Of a stretch of 64,000 nt of DNA, positions 50,027 to 59,246 are shown in pieces; the stretch's first letter is position 1; every line of letters begins with the position of its first letter. Both the position numbers and the translations under genes were made by a program. The notes beneath the pieces were generated by a model, which made no database searches, had not been told where the DNA came from, and worked only from the letters and a program-made list of their open reading frames with translations. Source of the stretch: an uncultured Chloroflexia bacterium (GTDB lineage Bacteria > Chloroflexota > Limnocylindria > Limnocylindrales > CSP1-4); contig CAWEZH010000002.1 in the NCBI GenBank assembly GCA_963813535.1, positions 224,001 through 288,000 on the forward strand, in the 5' to 3' direction.

Positions 50027-50248
50027 ATGCGCTACGAGGACCGCGACAAGCTCGGAGTCGCGCGTCGACGCGCGACTCGCGACTGGCTGATGGGGTACGG
50101 GATGGCGGACACCGCGGCCGATTCGTGGTGCGACGCGTGGGAAGCGGAGGCGACCGCACGCGGACTCCACCGGCAGTCACTCGATTTCTGGATGGACGCC
50201 GGCCCGTGGATCGCCGAACGGCTCGATTCGGGCGGGCGGCCCGCCTGA
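50027..50248 (+). CDS. Small Trp-rich hypothetical protein (WCDAW motif)
   Basis: 73 aa: RDWLMGYGM...ADSWCDAWEAEA...FWMDAGPWI. Confidence 0.6.
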   Translation: MRYEDRDKLGVARRRATRDWLMGYGMADTAADSWCDAWEAEATARGLHRQSLDFWMDAGPWIAERLDSGGRPA

Positions 50249-51121
50249 TCACGAAGCTCCGGGCGGCGGATCGCCCGGGTCGTCGCCAGTCGCGACCGGT
50301 AGGCCCTGTTGCGTCCAGTCACTGTATGAGCCGGGGTACAGGACGGCGTCCGGTAGGCCGGCGATGCGCATCGCCAGGGCGTCGTGCGTCGCCGATACGC
50401 CGCTGCCGCACGAGACGACGACCTGGCCCTGCGTGCCATCGGCGCCGAGCGCGCGGTAGCGCGTCGCCAATTCGCCGGTGGCGAGGAAGCGCCCATCGGC
50501 CGCGAGGTTCGCGTCCGTCGGGGCACTGATCGCCGTCGGGATGTGACCGGGATAGGCATCGATCGGCTCGGTCTCGCCGCGGTACCGGGCTCCAGCCCTT
50601 GCATCGAGCAGCCGGACCGTGCCCAGGGTGGAGCGCAGCTTGTCGCGCTCCATCACCCGACGCCAGGTCCCCCGCAGGGATAGCCGCGTGGACGGCCACG
50701 CCGGCTCCTCGGTCGTGAGGGGGAGCCCGGCCGTCGTCCACCCCTGCAGACCGCCGTCGAGCACGGCGACCGATCCATGGCCGAGGTCGTCGAGCATCCA
50801 CCACAATCGAGCCGCCACCCACCCGCCGACATCGTCATAGGCGACGACGGCGTGCTCGTTCCCGATGCCGACGTCGGCCAGCCGTGCCGCGAAGACGGCC
50901 GGGTCGGGTAGGGGATGTCGACCCGGACCGGTCCGAGCCGTGAGGTCGGTATCGATGTCCAGATGGATGGCGCCCGGAAGGTGCCCGGCGTCATACGCAA
51001 GCCGGCCGTCACCCGGACGACCCAGGTACCAGCGACAGTCGACCACGCGAAGTCCCGGGTCCCCCAGCGCTGCGGCCAAAGCCGCCACGGACACGATCGG
51101 CCCGACGAGCCCCGTACTCAT
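50249..51121 (-). CDS. Thiosulfate/3-mercaptopyruvate sulfurtransferase (SseA-like)
   Basis: GHLPGA, GRHPLP, ARLWW, GHIP, active-site loop CGSGVS, YPGSYSDW. Confidence 0.92.
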   Translation of the reverse strand: MSTGLVGPIVSVAALAAALGDPGLRVVDCRWYLGRPGDGRLAYDAGHLPGAIHLDIDTDLTARTGPGRHPLPDPAVFAARLADVGIGNEHAVVAYDDVGGWVAARLWWMLDDLGHGSVAVLDGGLQGWTTAGLPLTTEEPAWPSTRLSLRGTWRRVMERDKLRSTLGTVRLLDARAGARYRGETEPIDAYPGHIPTAISAPTDANLAADGRFLATGELATRYRALGADGTQGQVVVSCGSGVSATHDALAMRIAGLPDAVLYPGSYSDWTQQGLPVATGDDPGDPPPGAS

Positions 51122-51915
51122 CCTCGAAGCGCCCATCGGTCCGGCGTCAGACCGATCGGCGCGTCGACGAGGGCGTCCGCGTCGCCGGACACCGGGCGGA
51201 GCCCGCCGGTCATCCAGTCGCGGTACCAGGGCGACCAGGTCCTCGCCCCCGCCCTGCCGCCGAACCCGTCGTGATACTCGGCGTAGGTTCCGCCGAACGG
51301 CGGCTCATCGGTCGGGCGGCGCGAGGTGAACTTGGCCGCGTCGTGCAGCCCGGGGAGCTCGGCCTCGGACACGCCAAGCCCTCGGTACACCGACTCGACC
51401 TGGTGCAGCCACTCATGCACGTAGCCCTGTTCGGGGTCCGGGTCGGTGGCGAGCGTGCGCCAATGGTCGGTCGAGATCGACGAGAAACCCGCTCCGAACG
51501 TGCCGTCAGACGGGCCGAGCGTGCAGCCCCAGCCGCATTGCGGCACGTCGGGGTCGCCCGGCCAGAGCGCGTAGACCGAGTCGTAGCGAGCGCCGGTGCC
51601 GGCCACCTCGGTCAACTCCGGTCGGACCTCGCGCGGCCCGACCCACCATCGACCGCCGCCACTCGACGACAACGACGTCAGCGGCCGACGCGGTTCGACG
51701 ATGTCGAGCGGCTCAAGGGTCGCCAGCCCTGAGCTCCAGTCGAACACGGTGGCAGGCAGGCGATCGAGCACCGAGCCCACGACATCGCGCTCCTCGCGTG
51801 TCATCACCCGACGCGCCCGTCGCCGCGACAGCCCGGAACCGTACCGGGCGTCGAGGACCGGATAGATCAGCACGAGCGTGCGCCAACGCTGGACCGTCGG
51901 TGGGGGAGCTGTCAC
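51118..51915 (-). CDS. Hypothetical zincin-like protein
   Basis: HEWLH (HExxH) followed by LHD; TACCCT -10 six nt before the GTG. Confidence 0.6.
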   Translation of the reverse strand: MTAPPPTVQRWRTLVLIYPVLDARYGSGLSRRRARRVMTREERDVVGSVLDRLPATVFDWSSGLATLEPLDIVEPRRPLTSLSSSGGGRWWVGPREVRPELTEVAGTGARYDSVYALWPGDPDVPQCGWGCTLGPSDGTFGAGFSSISTDHWRTLATDPDPEQGYVHEWLHQVESVYRGLGVSEAELPGLHDAAKFTSRRPTDEPPFGGTYAEYHDGFGGRAGARTWSPWYRDWMTGGLRPVSGDADALVDAPIGLTPDRWALRG

Positions 51916-52067
51916 GTCGGCAGGGTATCGCCTGCTAGCATCGATGGGTTGGACGTCGAAACCTTCTCGAGCGTCCCTGACCCCGGTTTCGCCAGCAGTA
52001 GCGGCCCTGCGGTATCCTTCCGACCGGCCGCGCGACGTCGCCCAGCGAGCGCGAGGCTCGCGTCCGT

Positions 52068-52142
52068 TCCGGCGTAGCTCAGTGGTAGAGCGGGCGGCTG
52101 TTAACCGCTTGGTCGTAGGTTCGAATCCTACCGCCGGAGCCA
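52068..52142 (+). tRNA. tRNA-Asn(GTT)
   Basis: Cloverleaf TCCGGCG...CGCCGGA-G-CCA, D-arm TAGCTCAGTGGTAGAGC, anticodon loop CTGTTAA, T-loop GGTTCGAATCC. Confidence 0.97.
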
Positions 52143-52199
52143 ATCCCCACTCGGTTGCACAGTTGTGCACGGATCTGTAGGCACGGGTCAGGACGGGAC

Positions 52200-52430
52200 G
52201 TCCGGGGACAGCAGCCTTTGGCCCCATCCCAGTAACTCTGCGATCGCCTGTTGATCGGCCTCGTCCGGCCAGGCGTCGCACCACGCGTCGGGGGTCTCGA
52301 TCGGCATCCCGTGGTCGGCGGGACCGTTGCGGACGGAGACGGTGACGGCGCGTACCGGTGCCGAGATGACTCGGTCGGCAGTCTCTCCTCGGCTCTGCGC
52401 GAGCCAGCGCCAGAACGTGGCAGTGCGCGT
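52200..52430 (-). pseudogene. Degenerate paralogue of the 50027-50248 WCDAW protein
   Basis: HGMPIETPDAWCDAWPDEA, then RSQSYWDGAKG in another frame. Confidence 0.45.
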
Positions 52431-52959
52431 CTTGATGATGCGGGGAGACGAGCAGGAGTCGCAGGAACAGGCCATGACAAGGGTCCCTCCGGTGATATGT
52501 CCTAGTTGCGACAGGAACTCGCGCTAGGAAGCTCTAGGAGTGACGCTAGGCGCTCCTGGTAGCAAGACACCTGCAACCCGGTTGCGGTCCATGTCGGTAC
52601 CGACATCGGACGTCGGGCGCGGAGGCGCGAGGAGAAGTGCTCGGACCCGGAGCGCGACTTTTGCTAGGGGACGACCCGAGCGACCTAGAAGCGAGGGCGA
52701 GCCGATGACCGCGTCGTAAGCGGCGACAGCTCGACTGTCAGATCCCCGGCTCCGGTCCCGGACCCTCGATCCCGCGTCAGCGGCCAGTCGGCACGAATAC
52801 CAGTCGAATCGGTCCGCGGCTATTCGCGCTCGACGCTCCATCCGCGAACATCGCAGGCCAAAGTCGGTCATGCCGGCGTTGACCGTCCCGCCTTCCGCCC
52901 GGCCGCTCGATCCTGGTGGTGGCAGCTGACCTTCGTCTGGTCTGACGCTGCACAGAATC

Positions 52960-52991
52960 GAACGGCCGGCCCCCCCAGAGGCCGGCCGTTC
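52960..52991. terminator. Hairpin, probable terminator
   Basis: GAACGGCCGGCC...GGCCGGCCGTTC 12-bp stem downstream of the 53013 stop. Confidence 0.6.
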
Positions 52992-53012
52992 CGCGGGTAA
53001 GTAGGAGGCGAC

Positions 53013-53444
53013 TCAGTCGAACTCGAGCGGATTACCGCCCCGATGCTCGCTCGGGGCCGGAGACCGGAAGGTCCCGTTCGGGAGTTCCATCCCGCGCTCG
53101 CCTCGGCGATGCTCGATCATGCCGTCATTCAAGATCGTGCTCGGCTTGCGGACGGTGGGGTGGATGTTCACGTAGGGATTTCCCGGCGCCGACTTCGGCA
53201 GCTCGACCGGCTGGGCGACAGCCCCGCCGCGCTCACCGACGCGCTGCTCGAGGAGGCCCGGGTCCTGGAGGATCTGGGTGGTGGTCCTGCTCGGAGCCAC
53301 CGTGCTCGGCGCGGACAGGGCGGTGAAGGCGCCCCACCCGAGCGTGACCATGATGGCCGCGGTCGCCAGTGCGATGCCGAACCGCTCGAGCCACCGATTC
53401 TGCTGCCGTGCGACAGCCTGTCCCTGACTAGCCATGTCTGTCAT
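53013..53444 (-). CDS. Single-TM hypothetical protein with an internal repeat
   Basis: TM FGIALATAAIMVTLGWGAF; repeats ILQDPGLLEQRVGERG and ILNDGMIEHRRGERG; start may be 53435. Confidence 0.65.
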   Translation of the reverse strand: MTDMASQGQAVARQQNRWLERFGIALATAAIMVTLGWGAFTALSAPSTVAPSRTTTQILQDPGLLEQRVGERGGAVAQPVELPKSAPGNPYVNIHPTVRKPSTILNDGMIEHRRGERGMELPNGTFRSPAPSEHRGGNPLEFD

Positions 53445-53539
53445 GACCTCCGTCTCGCACCCTTCGTGGGTGCTTGGTGACGAGACCTTGGAGGTCGCCG
53501 GCTGCAGCCCGGCTACAGTTCGGCTGCAGCGTTCCAGGG

Positions 53540-53577
53540 CGCTTGGTCGAAGGTTCGAATTCCCACCGCCGGAGCCA
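53540..53577 (+). repeat. att-like copy 1 of the tRNA-Asn 3' end (degenerate)
   Basis: CGCTTGGTCGAAGGTTCGAATTCCCACCGCCGGAGCCA. Confidence 0.9.
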
Positions 53578-53705
53578 CTCCTTCGTACGTTGCAGCCTGG
53601 GGGAACCGCCAACCCTCCATCCGTAGCCGCTCTGCAATCAGGCGGTGGTGCCGTGCCTTCTCGCCGAAAACGGAATGCCGTCGAGCGATGCGACTATGGT
53701 GACCG

Positions 53706-56700
53706 ATGAGCCGATTCCCACGCCGCGCGGGTGCTGAAGTGCCACTCGAATTCCGCCTCCTCGGCGAGTTCGCGGTCCTCGCTGACGGTCGACGCCTCGA
53801 CCTCGGGGGTCCCCGTCAGCGGAGCGTGCTCGCGTTGTTGCTCCTGCAGCGCGATCGGGCGATCTCGACCGTGCTGCTGGCCGACAAACTGTGGCCCGAT
53901 GACCAGCCCCTAAGCGCCATCAAGACGATCCAGATCTACGTCTCGCGGCTGCGCCATATCCTGGGCGCCGAAGCCGGAAGGCTCAGCTCCACGGCGTCGG
54001 GCTATCGCCTGGCGGTCGCGGATGACGAGTTCGACGTTGCACGCTTCGAGCGGGGCCTACGCCAGGCTCGCGAGACGAGCGCCTCCGGCGACCAGGACCG
54101 CGCACGCGCACTGCTCGAGGCCGCATTGGCCGAGTGGTCAGGACCCGCCCTGGGTGACATGGCCGACGAGCGTTTTGCGCGAAGCGAGGCTGATCGGCTC
54201 GAAGAGCTCCGGCTGCAGGCCATCGAGGAGCTGTACGAGAGGCGCATCGCCGGAGGCTCCGGCCGCGAGGCCATCGCGGAGCTTCGTCGCCTCGTGGCCG
54301 ACGAGCCCGGCCGGGAGCGGCTGTGGCGGCTGCTGATGCTGGCGCTGTATGCCGACAGCCGCCAGGCCGAGGCCCTCGAGGCCTACCAGGAAGCCCGCCG
54401 GTATCTGGGCGACGAGCTCGGCCTCGACCCGAGCCCGGAGCTCCAGGAACTGGAGCAAGCGATCCTCAATCAGACGGCGCCACTCCCGGCGCGGGACGAG
54501 CTCGAAGCGGCTCCGGCCGTGGCGACAGACGCGCTTGCCGACGAGCCACTCACCTCGGCGGGCAGCGCCGAGGCCGCGGCGCAGCGCAGGCGCCGGGTGG
54601 TCACGGTCCTGCGCGCCGGTATGGTCGGGACCGCAAACGACATCGATCCCGAGATCCTCGAGGCGCTCGGGCGCCGTGCCGAGGAGGTCGTCCGTCGGGC
54701 GATCGAGCGTCACGGCGGCATCATCGACCACGCCGATCAGCACGGTGTGACCGCCGTATTCGGTCTCGCTGTCGCGCGTGAGGACGACGCGTTGCGGGCA
54801 GTCCGGGCCGCCGCCGAGCTGCGCGGCGAAGCGAGCTCGGATACAGGCGTCGCGCGCGTCGTCCTCCGTGTCGGGGTGGCCACCGGCGAAGTCCTTGCCG
54901 GGGCCGGCGACGACGGGCATGGCTTGCTGGTGACCGGTGCACCGCTCCATCTCGCGGGCGTGCTCGCCGAGCTTGCCGCGGGTGGCGAGGTCCTCCTGGC
55001 GCTTGAGACCGAGCGCCTCGTCCGAGGTGCGACCTCGACGGAGCCGGCGATGCTGCACGGCGACGACGATGGCCCGGCGTCGGGAGCCGTGCGCCTCGTG
55101 GCCGTCCTCGAGTCCGAGCCGATCGAGCGCCGGACAACGACCCCGTTCGTCGGCCGGGCCGCCGACCTGGACGCGCTGGCCGCCGCCTTCGAGCGGGTGG
55201 CGGCCGACGCCGTACCCGGCCTCGTGACTGTCACTGGCGCACCGGGCGTCGGCAAGAGCCGGCTCGTCGCCGAGGCCCTGGCCCCCATCGCCGAGCGCGC
55301 CGCGGTCCTGCGGTCGCGCTGTCTGCCGTACGGCGAGGGGATCACCTATTGGCCGGTCCGCGAGCTCGTCCAGATGGCCACCGGGATCGAGCTCGGCGAG
55401 CCGCGGGACGACGCCATCGCCAAGCTCGACGCGATCGTGGGCGGGATCGATCGGGCCGACCTCGTGCGCGGCAGCATCGCGTCGATCATGGGCCTGACCG
55501 ACGAGACGGTGCCCGGCGAAGAGATCACTTGGGCGGTCCGCCGCTTCGTGGAGGTGCTCGCGGCCGAGCGCCCGCTGGTGCTCCTGGTCGACGACCTGCA
55601 GTGGGCCGAGCCGGTACTCATCGACCTGCTCGATCACGTGCTCGACCTCGGTCGCGGCCCGATCCTGCTCATCGCCATCGCCCGCCCCGAGCTCGCAGAT
55701 GTCCGACCCGACTGGCTGGCCCGCTCGAGCCTCGCTCTCGTACGGCTAGACGCTCTCGGCGAGACCGACGCTGCAACGCTGCTGGATCATCTCGCCCCGG
55801 AGCTGCCTCCAGGGGAATTGCGCTCGCGGATCCTGGCGTCCGCCGAAGGCAACCCGCTGTTCGTCGAACAATTCGTCGCCTATGCCACCGAGGAGGCGCT
55901 CGCCGGCCGGCCCACGCTCAACGAGGGAACGGCAGTCGACCTGCCGATCCCGCCCACCATCGGGGCGCTTCTCGCAGCCCGGCTTGACCGCTTGCCCGAG
56001 GCCGAGCGTCACGTCCTCGAGAGGGCTTCTGTCGTCGGGAGGACGTTTTGGACCGGAGCCCTGACCGAGCTTCTGCCAGACAGCGAGCTCCGGGACGTAG
56101 CAGGCCGTCTGGCCCGCCTCGTGCGGCGCGACCTCATTCGACCCCAGCGCACTGACTTCGCCGATGAGGACGCGTATCGCTTCCGTCACCTCCTCATCCG
56201 CGACGCGGCCTACGCGAGCTTGCCCAAGAGCGATCGGAGTGAGCTCCATGAGCGGTTCGCCGGCTGGCTCGAGCGCGTCAACAGACAAGGGGAGCGTGAG
56301 ACAGACGTCGAGGAGATCCTCGGCTACCACCTCGAGCAGGCCTACCGGTACCGCATCGAACTCGGACCCCTCGACGACGAGGCCGTCGCGCTCGGCCGTC
56401 GGGCGTCGACGCGGCTCGCCTCCGCGGGCCGACGCGCCCTGGCCCGGAGCGACTTCCCGGCTGCCGCGAACCTCCTCGACCGCGCGGCGCGGGTCCTCGA
56501 TGAACACAACGGGGAGCGAGCCAGGCTACTCGTCGCGGCGGGCGAGGCCTATCTGGAGATCGGCGAGTTCACCAAGACCGATGGCGTGCTCGTTCAAGCG
56601 GCAGTCGTCGCCGACGACGTCGGCGACGGCCCGGTCCTGACGACCGCCAACCTCGTGCGACTCCAGCTCCAGTTGCGCAGCGAAGCTTCAACGTCGATCG

Positions 56701-57677
56701 ACGACGTCATGCGCGAGGCGCAGGCCGGCATCAAGGATCTGAAAACTTCCGACGACCCGAACGCGCTGGCTCGCGCGTGGCGACTGATGACCCTGGTCTA
56801 TGGCGTGTCTGGGCGATACGAGGCAGCCGGCGATGCCAACGACCGCACGATCGAATATGCACGACGTGCAGGGGATCATGTCCTCGAGAAGCGGCTCTAC
56901 TCGTCGGCAGCGCAAGTGGCTCTATCCGGACCGCTACCTGCCCAGGCTGGGATCAGAAGGTGCGAGGAGTTGGTGCAGATCTCGGAGGGAGACCGCCGCT
57001 CCCAGGCGGTGACTCTGGCGGCTCTGGCCCACCTGCGCGCGATGGTCGGAGATTTCGAGCCGGCTCGAGAGGACTACCGGCGCGGGCGCGCGACCCTTGA
57101 AGAGCTGGGCCTGCGTTTTGACGCCGCGCTCATCTCGATCGACTCAGGGCCAGTCGAACTGCTCGCCGGGGATCCGGTCGCGGCCGAGGCCGAGTTGCGG
57201 AAGGATCACGAGGCGCTCGATGCGATGGGAGAGAGGAACTACATCTCGTCCATCGCGGGGCTTCTGGCCGAAGCGCTGTATCGACAGGGTCGATTCGATG
57301 ACGCGGCGACTTCCGCAGCCTTCAGCGAGGAGGTGGCTGCCCCATCCGACGTCTTTTCGCAGCATCTCTGGCGCGGAGTGCGGGGCAAGCTGTTGGCCCG
57401 GGACGGCGCCCACGATGAGGGCATCGCGCTCGCCAACTCCGGCGTCGAGCAGACCCGGACATCCGACGACATCGAAGGACAGGGCAACGCGCTGATATTC
57501 CTGGCCGAGGCACAGGCGGCGGCCGGGCGCGACGACGATGCCGCCCGCTCGGCGACCGAAGCGCGGACACTGTTCGAGGCCAAGGGGAACATCGTGTCGG
57601 CCGCCAGGGCGGCCGGGTTCGCCTCGCCGGTCGCGATCAGGAGCACCCAGGTGCGGCGGACGGGTCGCATCGGATAG
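53706..57677 (+). CDS. AfsR/SARP-type regulator: wHTH-BTAD, degenerate class III cyclase, STAND ATPase, TPR region
   Basis: FRLLG...LGGPRQR, YVSRLR, RERLWRLLMLALY, ELGLDPSPEL, PFVGR, GAPGVGKS, LLVDDLQWA, EGNPLF. Confidence 0.9.
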   Translation: MSRFPRRAGAEVPLEFRLLGEFAVLADGRRLDLGGPRQRSVLALLLLQRDRAISTVLLADKLWPDDQPLSAIKTIQIYVSRLRHILGAEAGRLSSTASGYRLAVADDEFDVARFERGLRQARETSASGDQDRARALLEAALAEWSGPALGDMADERFARSEADRLEELRLQAIEELYERRIAGGSGREAIAELRRLVADEPGRERLWRLLMLALYADSRQAEALEAYQEARRYLGDELGLDPSPELQELEQAILNQTAPLPARDELEAAPAVATDALADEPLTSAGSAEAAAQRRRRVVTVLRAGMVGTANDIDPEILEALGRRAEEVVRRAIERHGGIIDHADQHGVTAVFGLAVAREDDALRAVRAAAELRGEASSDTGVARVVLRVGVATGEVLAGAGDDGHGLLVTGAPLHLAGVLAELAAGGEVLLALETERLVRGATSTEPAMLHGDDDGPASGAVRLVAVLESEPIERRTTTPFVGRAADLDALAAAFERVAADAVPGLVTVTGAPGVGKSRLVAEALAPIAERAAVLRSRCLPYGEGITYWPVRELVQMATGIELGEPRDDAIAKLDAIVGGIDRADLVRGSIASIMGLTDETVPGEEITWAVRRFVEVLAAERPLVLLVDDLQWAEPVLIDLLDHVLDLGRGPILLIAIARPELADVRPDWLARSSLALVRLDALGETDAATLLDHLAPELPPGELRSRILASAEGNPLFVEQFVAYATEEALAGRPTLNEGTAVDLPIPPTIGALLAARLDRLPEAERHVLERASVVGRTFWTGALTELLPDSELRDVAGRLARLVRRDLIRPQRTDFADEDAYRFRHLLIRDAAYASLPKSDRSELHERFAGWLERVNRQGERETDVEEILGYHLEQAYRYRIELGPLDDEAVALGRRASTRLASAGRRALARSDFPAAANLLDRAARVLDEHNGERARLLVAAGEAYLEIGEFTKTDGVLVQAAVVADDVGDGPVLTTANLVRLQLQLRSEASTSIDDVMREAQAGIKDLKTSDDPNALARAWRLMTLVYGVSGRYEAAGDANDRTIEYARRAGDHVLEKRLYSSAAQVALSGPLPAQAGIRRCEELVQISEGDRRSQAVTLAALAHLRAMVGDFEPAREDYRRGRATLEELGLRFDAALISIDSGPVELLAGDPVAAEAELRKDHEALDAMGERNYISSIAGLLAEALYRQGRFDDAATSAAFSEEVAAPSDVFSQHLWRGVRGKLLARDGAHDEGIALANSGVEQTRTSDDIEGQGNALIFLAEAQAAAGRDDDAARSATEARTLFEAKGNIVSAARAAGFASPVAIRSTQVRRTGRIG

Positions 57678-57875
57678 CCCCGACGACGATCGGCGCGACC
57701 GGATCGACGGGGACCCTCTTTGCGGAGATCGTGCCGGACACCGATCCTGCCGCTCGCCCCGTTGCGGATTCGCGGCGGTGCGACGCTGGTGCAAAACGCG
57801 GCAGGTGTAGGGTCAGCCCGCCTCAGATCGTGTCAGCCGAAGGCGCACGATCCGTGCCTCCCAAAGGAGCTGGCT

Positions 57876-58724
57876 ATGCTGCGCTTCGCGAACCAGCCGA
57901 GGACGACCGGCACCGGCCGGCCCACCCGGGATGGCCATGACAGCACCGGCGACGCGATCAGGGTCGAGATCTACGACCCTGCGACGAACCGGACCGTCGA
58001 CACGGATGCGGATGTGACCCTCACTCTCGGATTGGGCTCCGCACGTGGCAAGCTGATCGGGGGGACCGCGAAAGCGGTCGCCGGGGTCGCCACCTTCCCG
58101 GACCTGTCGATCGATACGCCTGGCCTCTACACGCTCAGGGCCAGCAGCGCGGCCGACACGGACACCCCGGTGTCGGACGGGTTCATGGTGGCCGATACCG
58201 TTGCCACGTGTGATGGCCCGGGCTGCAGCTTCACTGAGACCAAGGAGCGGCACACCTACACGGCAACCCCGGAGCAAGGGTCGGCAGGCGCCAATTGGGC
58301 CTCCTCCGTCAACTTGCCGGGCGTGCAGATCTCGTGCGATTTCGCGCCGTTCGATTACCCAGACGAACGCCAGCCGAACGCGATCTGGTATAGCTACGAC
58401 GACGGGGATACCCGGTCCCCGAAGACGATCGTGATCGTCATCGACAAAGAGATCGTCGATAAGACGCCGGACAACGGCACGTCCGACTATCGCGTCTGCT
58501 ATTCGTCACCGGTGCCTTTCACCGACCGCACGGGCGAGCTGGCCAAGCCGGATCCCTGGGAGGATGGTCCGAGCGCGTACTTCGGGACTACCTGGTTCAC
58601 CGGGCTCCTGCCGGACTGCGACCCGAACGATCCAGTGGCGCCGTGCGTCCTGGGATGGACCGACGATGGCGGCAACCGAGTCGGGACGTTCCTGGCACCA
58701 CCTGGGGATCCCTCCTTCAGGTAG
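57876..58724 (+). CDS. Hypothetical Ig-like Cys-containing protein
   Basis: LRFANQP...GVATFPDLSIDTPGLYTLRA Ig-like strand pattern; AAGGAG RBS; no signal peptide seen. Confidence 0.6.
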   Translation: MLRFANQPRTTGTGRPTRDGHDSTGDAIRVEIYDPATNRTVDTDADVTLTLGLGSARGKLIGGTAKAVAGVATFPDLSIDTPGLYTLRASSAADTDTPVSDGFMVADTVATCDGPGCSFTETKERHTYTATPEQGSAGANWASSVNLPGVQISCDFAPFDYPDERQPNAIWYSYDDGDTRSPKTIVIVIDKEIVDKTPDNGTSDYRVCYSSPVPFTDRTGELAKPDPWEDGPSAYFGTTWFTGLLPDCDPNDPVAPCVLGWTDDGGNRVGTFLAPPGDPSFR

Positions 58725-58917
58725 ACCTTGGCGATCTAAGCTTTCCTCCACGGCTCTGGTCTCACCGGGACTGAGCAGCATCTGGGTCACGAACGAGCGG
58801 GCCATGTTCGGCCGCACCCGGGGCTGGTGCTAGCTCCGATCAGCCTGCGACTGTGCCACTAACGATCGCCTCCACGCTCGCGTCGCCACGCGAGGAAGCA
58901 CGTCGCACTTGCCAGGG

Positions 58918-58954
58918 CGCTTGGTCGCAGGTTCGAATCCCACCGCCGGAGCCA
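58918..58954 (+). repeat. att-like copy 2 of the tRNA-Asn 3' end
   Basis: CGCTTGGTCGCAGGTTCGAATCCCACCGCCGGAGCCA (35/37); extra CGCCGGAGCCA at 58962-58972. Confidence 0.92.
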
Positions 58955-59246
58955 CACTCCTCGCCGGAGCCAATTGTCCTCTCTCGCCGCAGCCAACCCT
59001 CTCTAGGATGCTCAGTCTGAGCACGAAGCTGGGCGTTGACGCCCGGTCAGGTCCACCGTGTATCGGTCGGATCGACCGCTGAAGCTCGGCTAACGATCGC
59101 TGCCAGTAGGAGACGTCTGAATGTAAACGCCGCTGCCAGACGGTTGCGGGAGCCGAGATCCGAACTCGAACGCTCTTGTCGGGCCGCCGAGTTTAGTGCG
59201 GCTCCTACTGTCGACAGACGCTGCGGACGTCCCTTTCTGGCAAGAG

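Noticed and set aside
52524-52871. 115-aa ORF in cassette 1 as a possible integrase or excisionase remnant
   Set aside because: No recognisable recombinase motifs in the frames examined; left unassigned
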